This document shows positions 9,832 through 20,326 of a stretch of 64,000 nucleotides of DNA, in pieces (position 1 is the first letter of the stretch; every line of letters starts with the position of its first letter). The position numbers and the translations under genes were made by a program. Source of the DNA: Candidatus Latescibacterota bacterium (GTDB lineage: Bacteria; Latescibacterota; UBA2968; GCA-2709665). The stretch is taken from the NCBI GenBank assembly GCA_965248435.1, contig OZ252100.1:1696001-1760000 (forward strand). The letters are read 5' to 3'. The notes under the pieces are model-generated. The model was not told where the DNA came from. It ran no database searches and was given only the letters and a program-made list of their open reading frames with translations.

Positions 9832-10473
9832 TTGCGAATGGATTCTATACGCATCATCGGATTGGGAGCTGGCGGGCACGCTAAACTCGTGATCGATACA
9901 ATTCAGTCAACTGGCAAGTATGATATTGTTGGCCTTTTGGACCCAGACCCAAAGTTGTGGAATGCCAAGGTTCTTGGAATTGATGTACTAGGTGGGGATG
10001 ACAGACTTTTAGAAAGCTACGCCGAGGGTATCAGACACGCATTTGTGGGAATTGGAAGCGTAGGTGATACATCGCTTCGACGACGGGTCCACGAGAAAAT
10101 CGTAGAGATGGGTTTCACACCCGTTTCTGCGGTTCACACGGGCGCGCAAACGGCTCCTTCGGCCCTGATCGGTCTTGGAACTTTTGTAATGGCGGGAGCC
10201 GTAGTCGGTCCCGATGCACGCTTAGGTAAGAATGTTTCGGTCAATTCGGGGGCGATCATAGAGCACGATTGCACCGTAGGTGATCACGTGCAGCTTTCTA
10301 CGGGAGCAAAACTCGCGGGGAATGTGAGCGTCGAGGCGGGTGCCCACATCGGAATCGGCGCTTCGGTCAAGGAGGGCATCTCTATAGGTGAACGCGCTGT
10401 CGTGGGAGGTGGCGCGATGGTCGTCCGTGACGTGGCTCCCGGAAAGACTGTGGTCGGTGTCCCTGCCAAGTGA
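9832..10473 (+). CDS. Hexapeptide-repeat sugar acetyltransferase (NeuD/PglD/LegH-like)
   Basis: GAGGHAK N-terminus, IIEHDC, left-handed beta-helix repeats, VVGVPAK end. Confidence 0.9.
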   Translation: MRMDSIRIIGLGAGGHAKLVIDTIQSTGKYDIVGLLDPDPKLWNAKVLGIDVLGGDDRLLESYAEGIRHAFVGIGSVGDTSLRRRVHEKIVEMGFTPVSAVHTGAQTAPSALIGLGTFVMAGAVVGPDARLGKNVSVNSGAIIEHDCTVGDHVQLSTGAKLAGNVSVEAGAHIGIGASVKEGISIGERAVVGGGAMVVRDVAPGKTVVGVPAK

Positions 10474-10627
10474 GTCAATCGCTGAGGGGATATCCCTATC
10501 TGCAACAACCCGCCAAAGGCCTTTTCAAAATCTCAGACTGAACAGATTCGGGACCCTGTTAGAATCCTCTCTGCAAGACGGGTACCCTCCCGTGATCCAA
10601 AACCCTCCGCACTCCTTGAGTTGATCC

Positions 10628-10864
10628 CGCAAATTTCCTCCAGGTGGAAGAATTTTCCCTCCAGCCCCTTGAGGGCCGTTTGCCCGTTGTGTGCTCCCAT
10701 TGGTCAATTTCATTATAACATATTGATAATACTAGATGTATATAATCTAACCCGAGCGGGGGACAACCCGGGGCCACCTCCAGGAAACTGGTATAGAAAT
10801 TGCCAATGTTCAAAGTATAGAAAGCCGCAGAAACCAATCAAGCGACCCCTACAGCTGCCGATGT
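10628..10864 (+). promoter_or_regulatory. Cassette 1: enhancer palindrome, IHF site, sigma54 promoter, sigma28-like promoter
   Basis: GGAAGAATTTTCC 10646-10658; IHF consensus TATCAATATGTTA on minus strand 10716-10728; TGGTATAGAAATTGC 10789-10803; TCAA-N15-GCCGATGT 10838-10864. Confidence 0.75.
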
Positions 10865-10944
10865 TTACTAAAGAAAGGATGATTCCCAACATCCCACCTG
10901 ATAGCATCCCTCCTCTGCATCCATCCCAGCCCATCTGAGTTGAC

Positions 10945-12006
10945 ATGAACGATCTCAAATACATTCTGGTTTCTCCAACCCAAAGCGTCCGCGAGGCCCT
11001 GGAGTGCATGAACCAAAACTCCAAGGGGATCGTACTGGTTGTGGATGAGTCAAACCGACTCTTAGGCACCGTTACGGACGGGAATATCCGCCGAGCGATC
11101 CTGGAAGGGATCCCACTGGAAGCGCAGCTCTCCAATCTCATAGGAACGGATCCGACCTACCCAAATCCGGTCACTGCAAACGAGGGAGCTAGTCCTTCTG
11201 AACTTCTGGCCCTCTTGAGAGAATATCAAATCCATCAGATCCCTCTTCTGGACGGCGATAGACGAGTTGTCGATCTGGTTACGGTAGATGATCTCACCCC
11301 AAAGAACCATCTGCCGGTAACAGCCGTAGTTATGGCCGGAGGCCTAGGTACAAGACTCCGGCCCCTAACCAACGAAACGCCAAAGCCGATGCTCCCCGTC
11401 GGCGGACGGCCGCTAATGGAACATATCATCGAGGGACTGCGTGAGGTAGGCATCACACAGGTCAACGTAACCACCCATTATAAACCAGAAGTTATCACAA
11501 ATCACTTCGGAGATGGAACCGACTTTGGTGTGAGCATAGAATATGTTGCAGAAGAACAGCCACTGGGTACAGCAGGAGCTTTGGGACTGTTGGATGTATC
11601 GGCGGGGCCCAGGCTTGTGATCAATGGTGATATTCTCACTAAAGTCGACTACAGGGCTATGCTCGCGTTTCATCGGGAAAATGAGGCAGACCTCACTATT
11701 GGTGTGCGAGGTCTCGATGTCAAAGTCCCATACGGCGTAGTGGAGACCAACGGTGCCACAGTCCGGAAATTGAAGGAAAAGCCTGTAATTAGCTTCTTTG
11801 TGAATGCAGGAATCTATCTACTTGACCCAGGTGTTTCCGAGTTTATCCCTAATGGCCAGCACATGGACATGACCGACCTGATCCAAAAGCTACTGTTGAA
11901 TGAACGGCAGGTGATCAGCTTCCCCATCAGTGAGTATTGGATCGATATTGGTCAACGTGAAGATTATGATCAGGCGCTTTTAGACCTCGCAACGGAGGGA
12001 ACCTAG
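10945..12006 (+). CDS. CBS-domain nucleotidyltransferase (PtmE-like hexosamine-1-phosphate guanylyltransferase)
   Basis: N-terminal CBS pair (GTVTDGNIRR), MAGGLGTRLRPLT..PKPML, EQPLGTAGAL, WIDIG. Confidence 0.9.
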   Translation: MNDLKYILVSPTQSVREALECMNQNSKGIVLVVDESNRLLGTVTDGNIRRAILEGIPLEAQLSNLIGTDPTYPNPVTANEGASPSELLALLREYQIHQIPLLDGDRRVVDLVTVDDLTPKNHLPVTAVVMAGGLGTRLRPLTNETPKPMLPVGGRPLMEHIIEGLREVGITQVNVTTHYKPEVITNHFGDGTDFGVSIEYVAEEQPLGTAGALGLLDVSAGPRLVINGDILTKVDYRAMLAFHRENEADLTIGVRGLDVKVPYGVVETNGATVRKLKEKPVISFFVNAGIYLLDPGVSEFIPNGQHMDMTDLIQKLLLNERQVISFPISEYWIDIGQREDYDQALLDLATEGT

Positions 12007-12009
12007 CCC

Positions 12010-12978
12010 ATGCGGGTTTTGGTTACCGGTGGGGCGGGATACCTGGGATCGACTCTGACTTCAGTCCTGTTGGCCAATGATCATTTCGTCAAAGTTCTGG
12101 ACACCGTGAATCACGGTGGACAGTCTCTCCTGGGTTTCTGGAGCCATCCCAATTTTGAGTTTGTACTCGGAGACATATGTCAGGGCGACGTTTTAAGAAA
12201 TGTCTTGGCTGATGTTGATACCGTTGTACACCTCGCGGCAATTGTCGGTGACCCGGCCTGTGCTCGCCAGCCTGACCTTTCACGAAAGGTCAACGTTTCC
12301 GGATCGCTGGAGCTGTTGGACTTTTGCCAAAGGCTGGGCATCGATCGATTCGTATTCGCCTCTACGTGCAGCAACTACGGTTGTTTGACCGATCAAACTC
12401 AACCGGTCTCCGAAACCGCAGAGTTGAGGCCTGTGTCACTCTATGCCCAGACAAAAGTGGCAGTCGAGCTGGAAATATTGAAATCTAAAACACCTCATGA
12501 TTTCTGTCCTACGATACTTCGGTTCTCAACCCTATACGGTGTGTCACCCCGTATGCGATTCAATCTGACAGTCAATGAGTTTGCTGCGGATATGTTCACG
12601 AAGAGGCATTTGGTGGTCTACGGAGAGCAGACCTGGAGGCCTTATCTGCACGTCAGGGATGCTGCCAGGGGGATTCTTGCAGTTTTGCAGGCTCCCAAAC
12701 AGAAGGTTTCTGGCGAAGTGATGAACCTGGGCGACAATTCGGAGAACTACAGAAAGGTCGACTTAGTGGAAATGCTACAGAAACGGATACCGGACGGAAC
12801 GGTAGAGTACGTTAAGAAGAATGAGGACCCAAGAAACTATCGCGTCGACTTCAATAAGATCGCTAAGATACTCAACTACAGAATCACCAGAACCATCGAG
12901 GACGGCATAGACGAGGTGATTTCTACTATCCGACAGGGAGTGATTACGGATCTTGGCAACCCTTGTTATCGGAACTGA
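12010..12978 (+). CDS. NAD-dependent nucleotide-sugar epimerase/dehydratase
   Basis: TGGAGYLG, HLAAIVG, YAQTK (YxxxK). Confidence 0.9.
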   Translation: MRVLVTGGAGYLGSTLTSVLLANDHFVKVLDTVNHGGQSLLGFWSHPNFEFVLGDICQGDVLRNVLADVDTVVHLAAIVGDPACARQPDLSRKVNVSGSLELLDFCQRLGIDRFVFASTCSNYGCLTDQTQPVSETAELRPVSLYAQTKVAVELEILKSKTPHDFCPTILRFSTLYGVSPRMRFNLTVNEFAADMFTKRHLVVYGEQTWRPYLHVRDAARGILAVLQAPKQKVSGEVMNLGDNSENYRKVDLVEMLQKRIPDGTVEYVKKNEDPRNYRVDFNKIAKILNYRITRTIEDGIDEVISTIRQGVITDLGNPCYRN

Positions 12979-14188
12979 CAACGAGGTCAGAAAACCAGGC
13001 TCGGGCACCGCAGCGCTGAGCGCACCTGACTTTATCCCTCTCTGCGTCCCAAGAATCTCTGGAAACGCCTGGGTCTACGTGAAGGAGTGCCTCGATACGG
13101 GCTGGGTCTCCTCCGCGGGCAACTTCGTGGATAGATTCGAAGAGGAATTGGGAAAGCAGCTTGGAGTTCAGCATGTGGTTGCGACGATGAATGGGACTTC
13201 TGCCCTCCATCTTTCTTTGCTCGTCGCCGGAGTGCGTCCTGAGGATGAGGTGTTGACCCCCACCCTGACATTTGTCTCTCCTGCGAACGCGATTCGCTAT
13301 TGTGGCGCCTGGCCCGTGTTTATGGATGTCGACCCAAACTGTTGGCAGATGGATCCAGAGAAAGCTGAGCAGTTCCTTGAAAACGAATGCGAATGGCGTG
13401 AGGGCGCACTATGGAACAGAATTACTGGGAGAAGGGTTCGGGCGATACTGCCAGTTCACGTCCTTGGACATCCGTGCGATATGGACCCTATCCTCCAGGT
13501 GGCCTCCAAATACAACCTAGGCGTTATCGAGGACGCAAGCGAGGGTCTTGGCGCCAAGTATGCTGGCCATTCGATCGGTACCCTGGGAGATATCGGCTGC
13601 CTGAGCTTCAACGGAAACAAAGTTATTACCACCGGTGGCGGGGGTGCACTCCTTACAGACAACGAGTCGTGGGCGATGCGCGCACGCCACCTTAGCACTC
13701 AGGCAAAGGAAGATGGCATCGAATACAGCCACGATGAAATCGGCTACAACTATCGGATGGTTAATCTGTTGGCGGCGCTGGGATGTGCCCAGCTCGAACA
13801 CCTCAATGCTTTCATAGAACGCAAAAGAAAAATCGCGACCAGATACCGCCAAGCCCTAAATGATTTGCCAGCAATTTCATTCTTGAAGACGGCGGAATGG
13901 GCAGAGCCGATCGAATGGCTCTTCACAGTCTATCTGAATCCCGGCAGTCGATGCAACAGGCGTAAGTTGATGCAAGAATTAAGGACACGTAACATCGAGA
14001 CCAGGCCCATCTGGACCCCGCTCCATCGCCTTCCAATCTACGCCGAGGCACAAAGTTACAGAATCGAAGTGGCGGACAGACTTCACGCGGGATGTCTGAG
14101 CCTCCCTTGCTCGGCGTCGCTGAGTGAACAGGACCAGCAAAGGGTCATAGACACCTGCCGTCGAATCTTACTTGAGAAAGGACAATAA
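12953..14188 (+). CDS. legC: LegC-family aminotransferase (start codon uncertain)
   Basis: FIPL...ECLDTGWVSS.G, NGTSALH, SFNGNKVITTGGGG, STQAK, HDEIGYNYRM. Confidence 0.8.
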   Translation: MATLVIGTDNEVRKPGSGTAALSAPDFIPLCVPRISGNAWVYVKECLDTGWVSSAGNFVDRFEEELGKQLGVQHVVATMNGTSALHLSLLVAGVRPEDEVLTPTLTFVSPANAIRYCGAWPVFMDVDPNCWQMDPEKAEQFLENECEWREGALWNRITGRRVRAILPVHVLGHPCDMDPILQVASKYNLGVIEDASEGLGAKYAGHSIGTLGDIGCLSFNGNKVITTGGGGALLTDNESWAMRARHLSTQAKEDGIEYSHDEIGYNYRMVNLLAALGCAQLEHLNAFIERKRKIATRYRQALNDLPAISFLKTAEWAEPIEWLFTVYLNPGSRCNRRKLMQELRTRNIETRPIWTPLHRLPIYAEAQSYRIEVADRLHAGCLSLPCSASLSEQDQQRVIDTCRRILLEKGQ

Positions 14189-14191
14189 GAT

Positions 14192-15340
14192 ATGAACTTC
14201 TCATTCTGGCTAAAGACCGACGTGCGCATCGGCCCAGGTTCAGCGGCTTCGGTATTGGACTATATCGAGAAGCGTGCCGTCGAAAAGGTTGCTGTAATCG
14301 TAGATTCTGGCCTGCACGGGAATACTCATCTTCAGCAGCTTGTTGATGGACTTCGGTCCAGTGCAAAACATGTTCAGGTTGTAGAGAATGACGCCTATGA
14401 GCCAACCTATGGCTATCTGGAGGAATTCAAGAAGACATTCGATTCTGGTCTGGATCTTATTGTCGGTATCGGCGGAGGAAGTACGCTCGATCTGACGAAG
14501 GCTGTCTCTGTCTTACTTACCAACCCTGGACCGGCGATTAGCTACCGAGGGTTCGACAAAATCAAAAATCCTGGTGTGCCAGTTATTGCGGTTCCGACGA
14601 CCGCTGGGACAGGAAGTGAAGTGACCCCAAACGCCGTATTCACCGACGCGGACGAGCAGCGAAAGCTGGGGATCAATACTACTTTATACGTGCCTGTAAT
14701 GGCTGTCTTGGATCCCTTCTTAACAGTCTCTTGCCCGAGGGTTGTTACGGTTTCGTCAGGAATAGATGCTCTGGTACACGCGGTTGAAACCTACGTTTCC
14801 AAGGGCGCAACACCAGTTTCTCGAGTACTATCTAAAGAGGCGTTTAGGCTGGTCATGACGAACCTGCCAGCAGTTGTTGACAGAGCCGACGACCTCGATG
14901 CCCGATCGGCAATGCAGGTAGCCGCTCTATATGGGGGAATCGCCCTGATAAACTCCGGTGGAGGAATTACTGGAGCGTTGTCTTACCCCCTAGGCGTTCG
15001 ATTCAAAGTGCCACACGGCCTTGCAGGCGGCATCTTTCTGGCTACTGCATCGCGGCACAACGTCGCGCTGGGCGCACACCAGTATGGCGATCTTTACGAT
15101 ATGCTCGAAGGTGCCCCTGCCCTTTCAGATGCCCAGGAGCGGTCCGAAGCCGTCTGTGCTGCGTTGGATAATCTAGCTGACCGACTGGAGTTGCCCAGGA
15201 GTCTTAAAGTATTCGGTGTAGATGAATCGGATCTGGATAGACTCGCTGAAGAGACCTTTCTGCTGACCGGATCCGTTCAGCAGAATCCCGTGGAGCTTTC
15301 AAAGGAAGATGTTCTAAAGATTATCGAAACTATCGCTTAG
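14192..15340 (+). CDS. Iron-containing alcohol dehydrogenase family (KdnB-like by context)
   Basis: GIGGGSTLD, VPTTAGTGSEVT, DALVHAVE, PHG; adjacent to a KdnA-like gene. Confidence 0.85.
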   Translation: MNFSFWLKTDVRIGPGSAASVLDYIEKRAVEKVAVIVDSGLHGNTHLQQLVDGLRSSAKHVQVVENDAYEPTYGYLEEFKKTFDSGLDLIVGIGGGSTLDLTKAVSVLLTNPGPAISYRGFDKIKNPGVPVIAVPTTAGTGSEVTPNAVFTDADEQRKLGINTTLYVPVMAVLDPFLTVSCPRVVTVSSGIDALVHAVETYVSKGATPVSRVLSKEAFRLVMTNLPAVVDRADDLDARSAMQVAALYGGIALINSGGGITGALSYPLGVRFKVPHGLAGGIFLATASRHNVALGAHQYGDLYDMLEGAPALSDAQERSEAVCAALDNLADRLELPRSLKVFGVDESDLDRLAEETFLLTGSVQQNPVELSKEDVLKIIETIA

Positions 15341-15355
15341 GGAAAGGGAATACAG

Positions 15356-16528
15356 GTGCCGGGATTCGAACTCGTAGGAGAGGAAGAACGCGCAGCAGTC
15401 AATGAGATCTTCGACGAAGGGGGTATCCTCTTCCGCCACGGCTTTGATACTCTCAGGAAAAACGGACGATTTCGCGTCGTGGAATTTGAAGAGGCGTTTG
15501 CTGACTATGTCGGGTCAGGTGATGCCTTAGCGGTATCGTCCGGCACCGCGGCCCTCAAGACAGGCCTGAAGGCTCTTGGGATCCAACCCGGAGACGAGGT
15601 GATTACTCAGGCCTTTACATTTATAGCGACCGTTGAAGCCATCGTAGACGTAGGCGCCATACCAGTTGTCGTAAACGTAGACGATACGCTGAACATGGAC
15701 CCCGACGATCTGGAACGCCATATCACCCCAAAGACACGAGCAATCATCCCCGTGCCCATGCTTGGAGTATCTCCGAGAATGGATCAAATCATGCCCATTG
15801 CGAGAGAAAACAACCTCCTCGTACTTGAAGACAACTGCGAGTCCCTTGGAGCAACCTACGATGGCCGTTTTTTGGGGACTTTCGGAGATATGGGCGCCTT
15901 CAGTTTTGACTTCGGAAAGGTCATCACGACCGGCGAGGGAGGGATGCTGGTCTCCACCAATCCTGAATATATCAAATTGGCGCGAGAGTATCACGACCAC
16001 GGGCACGAAAACAACCCAAAGCTTCCCAGAGGCCGAGATACCCACCGAATTTTCGGCTTCAATTATCGGATAGGAGAACTGCAGGCAGCGGTCGGCTTAG
16101 CGCAGCTAAGAAAGCTCAACTACATAGTCGACCAGAATAGAGCTCATCATAAGACCATGAAACAGGCTCTTAGACAAATAGAGGGGCTTCGTTTTCGGGC
16201 GATTCCACCTAAGAGTGACAGCCTTTGCGACACCCTGATTCTCGAGCTTCCTACGGCCGAACTTGCGAGCGAATTCGTCGCTCGCATGGGGGCAGTTGAG
16301 CTCGGTACAAAGAATCTTCCTGACGCGATCGAATGGCATTTCGCAGGTTACTGGGATCACATATTTAACCTATTTGATATGAACAAGCAGCAACTGTGGG
16401 ACTCCCTCTATCCGAGCTACGCTCGTCTGTCCCGATGTGTCGCACTACCGATAATGGTGAAGTACACTTCCGACCGTATCGACTTCATGATCGACAACAT
16501 ATCACGTATAGCCGACGATCTGCTCTGA
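15356..16528 (+). CDS. DegT-family aminotransferase, KdnA (8-amino-Kdo transaminase)-like
   Basis: MPGFEL.G.EE N-terminus, SFDFGKVITTGEGG, YHDHGH, WHF motif resemble KdnA. Confidence 0.8.
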   Translation: MPGFELVGEEERAAVNEIFDEGGILFRHGFDTLRKNGRFRVVEFEEAFADYVGSGDALAVSSGTAALKTGLKALGIQPGDEVITQAFTFIATVEAIVDVGAIPVVVNVDDTLNMDPDDLERHITPKTRAIIPVPMLGVSPRMDQIMPIARENNLLVLEDNCESLGATYDGRFLGTFGDMGAFSFDFGKVITTGEGGMLVSTNPEYIKLAREYHDHGHENNPKLPRGRDTHRIFGFNYRIGELQAAVGLAQLRKLNYIVDQNRAHHKTMKQALRQIEGLRFRAIPPKSDSLCDTLILELPTAELASEFVARMGAVELGTKNLPDAIEWHFAGYWDHIFNLFDMNKQQLWDSLYPSYARLSRCVALPIMVKYTSDRIDFMIDNISRIADDLL

Positions 16529-16538
16529 TTTCCCTACT

Positions 16539-18428
16539 ATGAAAAATCTGGTTATCTGCGAGTTTCCCTGGCAGGTTCAACTGATAAAGCCCAGGATATC
16601 AGAAGACGACATTGTTATCTCGTTCAATGCGGAAACAAATTACGAATTGGAGAGAAACGGCATCAATTTCTCCGACGCGCGGGACTATTATGACCACTGC
16701 CACATCTGGAGCCAGTATCCAGACTTCACGCATCGGACGGCTCGTATATGCAACCGACTGGATCAAATCTTCTGGAAGGTTGACCCGGAGTTAGGGGGAA
16801 AGCAACTCAAGCTATCTGACCTCCTGTTCTACCAACTCAAGATTGCCATTGGCCAAGCCTTTTACAAGATCCACGTCTCGCGCGAGATCTTGAGAAGACA
16901 CGCACCAACGGGCAGAGTGACGATCGCATCTGCGGCCGAGACCCCAATCCTGACCAATTTCCTGTTGTTTGACGGGGAGTCCAGCATCCTCAGCTGGATA
17001 TTTGGAGCCCTACAAAGTGAAATGGGATATCAGATCCAGTTCCTTGAGACCCCAGAAACTCGACCTAATAGCCATCAAGGAACAAGATCTCGTCTGACAA
17101 AAGGGATTGGTAAGGCCATACGCAAACTGCAGCGCCTTAAAGCTGCGCGTTTCCCGTTTCCAAAAACTCCCCCTCCCGATAAGATCAACGTCCGTCTTCT
17201 TTCGGTAAACTGCCCGGAGCTGGACACGCTTAAAGGGCCACTCCTTGCCGACAAGATTTGCGTGGAAACTTACCAGGGTGAGATGTTCCATTTGACCACC
17301 AGAACCTACCCGTGCTCCACCGATATCATCGAAGCCATCGAGCAAGACGCCACCATTAAAGATCAACTTACCTTTGAAGGGCTTAATGCCTCTCAGCTCA
17401 TATTCCCAATTCTATCCAAGTTCGTCAAGACTCTGGACCGCTTTCTGGAACACTACAAAGAAATGGAACAACTCCTGGATGCAACCAAGCCGGACTGTGT
17501 TTTCGTTCAGAGCTTGGCCCCGTTCCATCTGTCCAATATCCTTCTCGCTCAAATTTGTGACCGGCGAAACATACCTCTTGTCTGCTGGATGCACGGAGGT
17601 TACGGCGCCTATCACTCCTTGACGGGTTATGACGTGACTGACTTCAGATTGGGCATCAATCATTTTGTCTACGGAAAGGCCGTAAGCGACATTTTGGCTT
17701 CTGAGAAGTGCGTATTAAACCAACTCGGCTTCAACGGACACAATCTCTACGTTAGCGGGGCGCCAGCAATCGAGCAGAAATATCGTACTTATGTGAAGCC
17801 GAAGAACAGTAGGAAGAGAGTATTACTCCCGGTAGGGAATCTCTCGACCTACAATCAATTCCACTTTGGATACAACCGACGGAACGCGGAATACTGCAGT
17901 TGGGAGTATCACAGGGTCATTATAGAGCTTTTTGTAAGATATCAAGATAGATATGAATTCGTAATCAAGGACTATCCAAATCCAAAAGTTAACATGAAGG
18001 ACACATGGTCATCTCTGCTGAAGGATCTCGGCGGCCGGAAAATAAGGCTCGTTACTGACGAAGAGCGATTCGAGGACCTTCTTGTGAAATCCGACTTGTG
18101 TGTCTTTACCTGGGTGAGTACTACCTTTATCGAGAGCCTACTGACAGACGCCGATATCTTCCTATTGGACGACAGTGATATTACGGACGAAGCTAGAGCG
18201 CTATTCGAGGCCTACATAGAATTCAGCGACAACATTCCACAATTCGTTGCAAAACTTGACCGATACCTGGATGTTGGAAGGTTCTACTCACAGGACAAGG
18301 GGCTGCTGCGTGACTATTTTGTTGATTACAGTCATAAGGATGACCGACCTGAGACGGTAGCCAGAATGATAGATCAGATCGTCGATAGGCCTGAGGCAGG
18401 AACTGTCCCAGGCAACCTCACGGGTTGA
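16539..18428 (+). CDS. Large hypothetical surface-glycan protein, putative GT-B transferase
   Basis: 629 aa; WMHGG, IKDYP and C-terminal DLCVFTWVSTTFIESL. Confidence 0.5.
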   Translation: MKNLVICEFPWQVQLIKPRISEDDIVISFNAETNYELERNGINFSDARDYYDHCHIWSQYPDFTHRTARICNRLDQIFWKVDPELGGKQLKLSDLLFYQLKIAIGQAFYKIHVSREILRRHAPTGRVTIASAAETPILTNFLLFDGESSILSWIFGALQSEMGYQIQFLETPETRPNSHQGTRSRLTKGIGKAIRKLQRLKAARFPFPKTPPPDKINVRLLSVNCPELDTLKGPLLADKICVETYQGEMFHLTTRTYPCSTDIIEAIEQDATIKDQLTFEGLNASQLIFPILSKFVKTLDRFLEHYKEMEQLLDATKPDCVFVQSLAPFHLSNILLAQICDRRNIPLVCWMHGGYGAYHSLTGYDVTDFRLGINHFVYGKAVSDILASEKCVLNQLGFNGHNLYVSGAPAIEQKYRTYVKPKNSRKRVLLPVGNLSTYNQFHFGYNRRNAEYCSWEYHRVIIELFVRYQDRYEFVIKDYPNPKVNMKDTWSSLLKDLGGRKIRLVTDEERFEDLLVKSDLCVFTWVSTTFIESLLTDADIFLLDDSDITDEARALFEAYIEFSDNIPQFVAKLDRYLDVGRFYSQDKGLLRDYFVDYSHKDDRPETVARMIDQIVDRPEAGTVPGNLTG

Positions 18429-18432
18429 CGCG

Positions 18433-19206
18433 ATGTGTAGACATGAAGTAGACGCTATCGTTCGGGCCAGGATGAATGCCTCGAGGCTCCCAGGCAAGGT
18501 GCTTCTCCCTGCTGCGGGCAAGCCTCTGCTTTTGCACATGATCGAGCGACTGAGTCGAAGTCGCACCTTGAGGCAAATCGTCGTGGCGACGTCGAGCGAT
18601 CCATCAGATGACGCGATTGAAAACATGTGCCTGGAAGAGGACATCCTGTGCTACAGGGGCAACTCAGAGGATGTGTTGGACAGATACTACAAGTGCGCTA
18701 TCGCGTATGACATGAAACATATGGCTTTGCTCGGAGCAGATAATCCGTTGATCGATCCGATGGTCTGTGATGATTCTTGTGACGCATATCTACAATCTCC
18801 GGGGGAGTTCGATTTTGTATCCAATCACCACCCCCCGACCTATCCCGACGGCCAGGAAATTGAAATCTGCTCCTTCAAGGCCATCGAGTCAGCGTGGCGA
18901 GAGGCGAATAAACAGTTTCAGAGGGAGCACGGGACGCCCTTCATATGGGATCAACCCCAGCGTTTCCGCTGTTTCAACATTACGATGAAACCCAACCTCC
19001 AATGCGAACGTTGGACCCTCGACTATCCCGAGGACTATGATTTCCTTAAGAGCATATTTGATGGCCTATATCTCACAAAACCCGATTTTTCGATGTGGGA
19101 TATCGTCTCCTTTCTTGATGCACATCCGGCATTGCGAAGGATTAACGCGGCCCATTCAGGAAGTAAGTGGTATTCTGAACAAGCTGACGAGCTCAGCACA
19201 GTTTAG
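18433..19206 (+). CDS. SpsF/KdsB-like cytidylyltransferase family protein
   Basis: ARMNASRLPGKVL, GNSEDVLDRY, ADNPLID, RWTLDYPEDY. Confidence 0.85.
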   Translation: MCRHEVDAIVRARMNASRLPGKVLLPAAGKPLLLHMIERLSRSRTLRQIVVATSSDPSDDAIENMCLEEDILCYRGNSEDVLDRYYKCAIAYDMKHMALLGADNPLIDPMVCDDSCDAYLQSPGEFDFVSNHHPPTYPDGQEIEICSFKAIESAWREANKQFQREHGTPFIWDQPQRFRCFNITMKPNLQCERWTLDYPEDYDFLKSIFDGLYLTKPDFSMWDIVSFLDAHPALRRINAAHSGSKWYSEQADELSTV

Positions 19207-19230
19207 ATCCCCAACAATCGAAAGCGACGA

Positions 19231-20238
19231 ATGATGAAGCGATTTCTCGTTACAGGCGGTGCCGGATTTATCGGTTCCCACATCGCGAGGCGACTCCTGC
19301 AGGAGGGCGCTCGTGTCTGGGTACTCGACAACTTCCTGACAGGGAGTCCCGACAACCTTCCCAAAGGTGTCGGCCTCATCGAAGGTGACATCACTTCAGA
19401 GAGTGTCTACCCCATCCTACCGAAGGAACCCTTCGACGCTGTCTTCCATCTGGCGGGCCAGTCCTCAGGTCCCATTTCGGGAAAGGATCCCGTCCAGGAC
19501 CTCGATATAAACGCCAAAGGAACGCTCTTACTGTTGCAGTGGTGCGCCGAAAGAGAGATTCCAAGGTTTTTGTATGCGAGTTCCCAGGCAGTTTACGGTG
19601 ATACCGGCGGAATCCCTGTGGGAGAGAACCATCCTTGCGCGCCTCGCTCTTTCTACGGTGTCACGAAACTGGCTGCAGAGGGTTATGTCAGAATTTTCAA
19701 TAGCCATGGTCTGTCTGTAACCGCCTTCAGAATGAGCAATGTCTATGGACCGGGCCAAAACCTGGACAACCTCCTGCAGGGCATGGTTAGCATATACATG
19801 GCATACCTGCTGCGAGGGGAACCCATTCTCGTCATGGGATCCTTGGATCGATACCGAGATCTGATTTATGTGGACGATGTCGTGGAAGCGTGGATTGCCG
19901 CACTCAACGATCCGATCACAAAGGGGAAAACCTACAATCTGGGAAGCGGCCACAGAACGACAGTCGGTGACTTGCTTGACGCGGAAATCTCGGCATTCGG
20001 CTACGATCCGGAGACCTATAGGGTCATCTGTGAAGGAACGACTCACGGCGACATCTTTGGCCTACAAGTAGACATCTCCCTCCTGACGAAAGACTTGAAA
20101 TGGTCTCCTGAAATCACCGTTCATGAGGGCATTTTGAGGATGTCCGAGTGGGTAAAACAATCTAACAGCTATAAATCCTGCAAACACACCTATCAGCCCA
20201 CCCCCGTGCAAGCCAGAAATCGCCCTAGAAATCTCTGA
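19231..20238 (+). CDS. NAD-dependent epimerase/dehydratase (GalE-like)
   Basis: TGGAGFIGS, YGVTK, NVYGPGQ, RDLIYVDD. Confidence 0.9.
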   Translation: MMKRFLVTGGAGFIGSHIARRLLQEGARVWVLDNFLTGSPDNLPKGVGLIEGDITSESVYPILPKEPFDAVFHLAGQSSGPISGKDPVQDLDINAKGTLLLLQWCAEREIPRFLYASSQAVYGDTGGIPVGENHPCAPRSFYGVTKLAAEGYVRIFNSHGLSVTAFRMSNVYGPGQNLDNLLQGMVSIYMAYLLRGEPILVMGSLDRYRDLIYVDDVVEAWIAALNDPITKGKTYNLGSGHRTTVGDLLDAEISAFGYDPETYRVICEGTTHGDIFGLQVDISLLTKDLKWSPEITVHEGILRMSEWVKQSNSYKSCKHTYQPTPVQARNRPRNL

Positions 20239-20326
20239 GCATCTCTTCCGAAACGAGATGGGTTAAGTAACAGCTTGTCGGTATTAACCAATGCACATAT
20301 AGATCCTACAAAGATGGGAGAACAAC

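Noticed and set aside
10525-10938. Short ORFs in the intergenic gap (likewise 42097-42405 and 48544-48945)
   Set aside because: Pro-rich low-complexity translations that overlap the promoter cassettes; better explained as regulatory DNA.
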